64,000 bases of DNA from NCBI GenBank assembly GCA_017883235.1, contig JADGNY010000007.1, positions 17,546 to 81,545 on the forward strand, written 5' to 3'. Shown piece after piece: positions 62,328-64,000 of this stretch. Each line of letters starts with the position of its first letter. The stretch's first letter is position 1. This DNA is from Thermoanaerobaculia bacterium. GTDB lineage: Bacteria > Acidobacteriota > Thermoanaerobaculia > Gp7-AA8. A program made the position numbers and the translations under genes. The notes under the pieces were generated by a model, which saw only the letters and a program-made list of their open reading frames with translations, was not told the origin of the DNA and did not search any database.

Positions 62328-62670
62328 ACGAGATTGACCCGAGACGAACCTGCCGGAATCACGACTCGCTGAGATCGAGCGATACGAGCGCGCCGCCTGC
62401 GGCTACAGCCTGCAGCTCCTGCACGAGATCGGCGTGCGCGACCTCGACCAGTGGCTCTCCGACATCTGCGACCTCCGTTACCTGATGCACTTCTATCGCA
62501 CGGGCCGGAAAGAGGCGTTCCGCTCGTTCTGGTGCGATGGCGCCCCACTGATCGAACCGTTACCGATCCCCGCATTCCAACCGACGCGCTGGCTCTCGCG
62601 TGCCGATGGCATCGTCGTTTAGCCCACGTTTAGCCCCGAGAGCGCTTCTCCCCGACGCGCGGCTGCGCCG

Positions 62671-62776
62671 CCGGGCACAGACAAGAGTGTCTGTGCCACA
62701 TTGGCCCTCGGTATTGGCAGGAGAGTCGAGTCTTGCGGGACCGAATGTGGCACAGACACTCTTGTCTGTGCCCCGG
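62671..62776. repeat. Double-hairpin inverted repeat (GCACAGACA family)
   Basis: CCGGGCACAGACAAGAGTGTCTGTGCCACATT ... AATGTGGCACAGACACTCTTGTCTGTGCCCCGG. Each arm is itself a hairpin. Related motifs occur near 3620, 10125 and 28730. Confidence 0.75.
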
Positions 62777-62899
62777 CCGGAGCCGCCGCCGCTGCGGGCT
62801 TGCAGCTTGCCGTCGATTCCACTTGTAGTGTAAGAAATACGCGCTAAGGTTGTGCGGCGAGCTGCCGTATGGCCGATACGCTTCGCGTAGCCACGCCGG

Positions 62900-63382
62900 C
62901 TACGCCTTCGGCGGACCGGCGATGAACACAGCGGTGCCCCCTTCTTCCCAATTCCGGCGGATCTCGGAGAGAAAGTGCTCGCGTCGTGCACGCATCTTGC
63001 GGATGGCAGCGGGAGGGGCGCCCGTCGGCTCGTGCTGCGCGCCCCAGAGGATCAACTCCACAATGATGGGGGCGAGATCGATGCCTTTGGCCGTCAGGCG
63101 ATAGACCACCTTGCGCCGGTCCTCGGCATCGCCGCTGGTGCTGATGATTCCGGCTGCCTCCAGGCGCTTCAGGCGCTCGGCCAGGATGTTCGTGGCGATC
63201 CCTTCGTCCGAGGAGAGGAACTCCTTGTACGTGCGGTAGCTGCGCAGCATGAGGTCGCGGATGATCAGCAGCGACCAGCGGTCACCGAGGATCTCCAGCG
63301 AGGCGTTGACGGGACACGACGAGCGCCGCTGCGGCTTGTGCGTGGCCGGCATGACGCGCAACGTAACAGAACCCACTTGCAA
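62900..63382 (-). CDS. HxlR-family transcriptional regulator
   Basis: CPVNASLEILGDRWSLLIIRDL...GIATNILAERLKRLEAAGI...YRLTAKG. Confidence 0.85.
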   Translation of the reverse strand: MQVGSVTLRVMPATHKPQRRSSCPVNASLEILGDRWSLLIIRDLMLRSYRTYKEFLSSDEGIATNILAERLKRLEAAGIISTSGDAEDRRKVVYRLTAKGIDLAPIIVELILWGAQHEPTGAPPAAIRKMRARREHFLSEIRRNWEEGGTAVFIAGPPKA

Positions 63383-63439
63383 TCAGCAAGCGATCCATGA
63401 AACACTACTTGCAAATCGCAAGTGAACTGAGGAGGCATC

Positions 63440-63988
63440 ATGAACCCCTACGGACCCCAGCAGTTGGCCACCGCAATTCGCACCGTGCGCAAGAACACCA
63501 TCCTCGTGGCCGAGGACATCCCGGAGGAGAGCTATGGCTATCGCGTCACCCCGGATAGCCGTTCGGTGACGGAAACTCTGCTGCACATCGCTGCCGCACC
63601 GCAGATCAGCTTCCACATTCACGGCAGCGAGCGCATCTCTTCGATCGAGGACTTTCAGCTCTTCGGCACGATCCTCAAGGAGTCGCCGATTCACGAGAAG
63701 CTGCCGTATTCGAAGGCACAGATCGTCGATCTGCTCCGCAGCGAAGGCGAGAAGTGGGCGGCGTTCGTGGAGCGCATCCCGCAGTCGCAGGCCGACGAGC
63801 TCGTGACCATGCCGCACGGCGCGCCGCCGCAGAGCCGCTTTGAGATGCTGCAGGGCATCAAGGAGCACGAGATGCACCACCGCGCGCAGCTCATGGTGGT
63901 CGAGCGTCTCCTCGGCGTGGTCCCCCACCTGACACGCAACCGCCGCCCGGCTCCGCCCGTGGCAACGGCCGCGGCGGCAGCACACTGA
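63440..63988 (+). CDS. DinB-family (four-helix-bundle metalloenzyme-like) protein
   Basis: 182 aa with LLHIAAAP... and HEMHHRAQL motifs. Divergent from the HxlR gene. Confidence 0.75.
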   Translation: MNPYGPQQLATAIRTVRKNTILVAEDIPEESYGYRVTPDSRSVTETLLHIAAAPQISFHIHGSERISSIEDFQLFGTILKESPIHEKLPYSKAQIVDLLRSEGEKWAAFVERIPQSQADELVTMPHGAPPQSRFEMLQGIKEHEMHHRAQLMVVERLLGVVPHLTRNRRPAPPVATAAAAAH

Positions 63989-64000
63989 CCGGAGCGATCT

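Noticed and set aside
62136-62640. A functional integron, given an IntI-like integrase with an adjacent cassette-like ORF.
   Set aside because: Only the last ~64 codons of the integrase are present. I found no attI/attC-like imperfect inverted repeats with the expected R/L boxes. The neighbouring ORF lacks a start codon.

Overview
High-G+C bacterial chromosome segment. By inference only, it looks like an Acidobacteriota-type genome: two TIGR03436-like VWFA proteins, HAF and NHL repeat proteins, and several families of intergenic hairpin repeats. No database search was possible, so all calls rest on motifs read from the ORF track and the DNA.

Positions 1-36.3 kb look like core genome. They hold an AddAB-like nuclease/helicase pair, marC, arsC, pdxH, DUF420 plus SCO1, an SDR, a rhomboid, the rpsF-rpsR-DUF2232-rplI operon, OsmC, a receiver protein, asnB, ubiE plus menF-menD-menH, GH88/105, a deoxyhypusine-synthase-like gene, an M28-PDZ-propeller fusion, sodC, a disulfide oxidoreductase, an M64 peptidase, two VWFA paralogues, DUF2238 and an MBL hydrolase. 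This stretch is peppered with at least five dispersed inverted-repeat families.

tRNA-Val(CAC) at 36325-36400 opens a mosaic accessory region of about 26 kb (36.4-62.7 kb). It contains:
- a 3.1 kb islet bounded by a 15-bp repeat of the tRNA 3' end, carrying a minimal lasso-peptide cluster (candidate precursor, cyclase, RRE-protease fusion) and an integrase remnant;
- a second small islet;
- an 11.5 kb segment bracketed by a 420-bp duplication of the 3' end of an LLM oxidoreductase gene, holding a leaderless M4 peptidase, an alpha/beta-hydrolase-like gene, two tandem NHL-repeat genes plus a decayed third copy, a transposase fragment and a perfect 26-bp hairpin scar;
- a decayed zone with split and truncated genes, ending at an integron/Xer-like integrase fragment.

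The least explained signal is a strictly phased, AT-rich repeat architecture at 32838-33243, upstream of the DUF2238 gene.

Many long antisense 'shadow' ORFs in the track were ignored as high-G+C artefacts.
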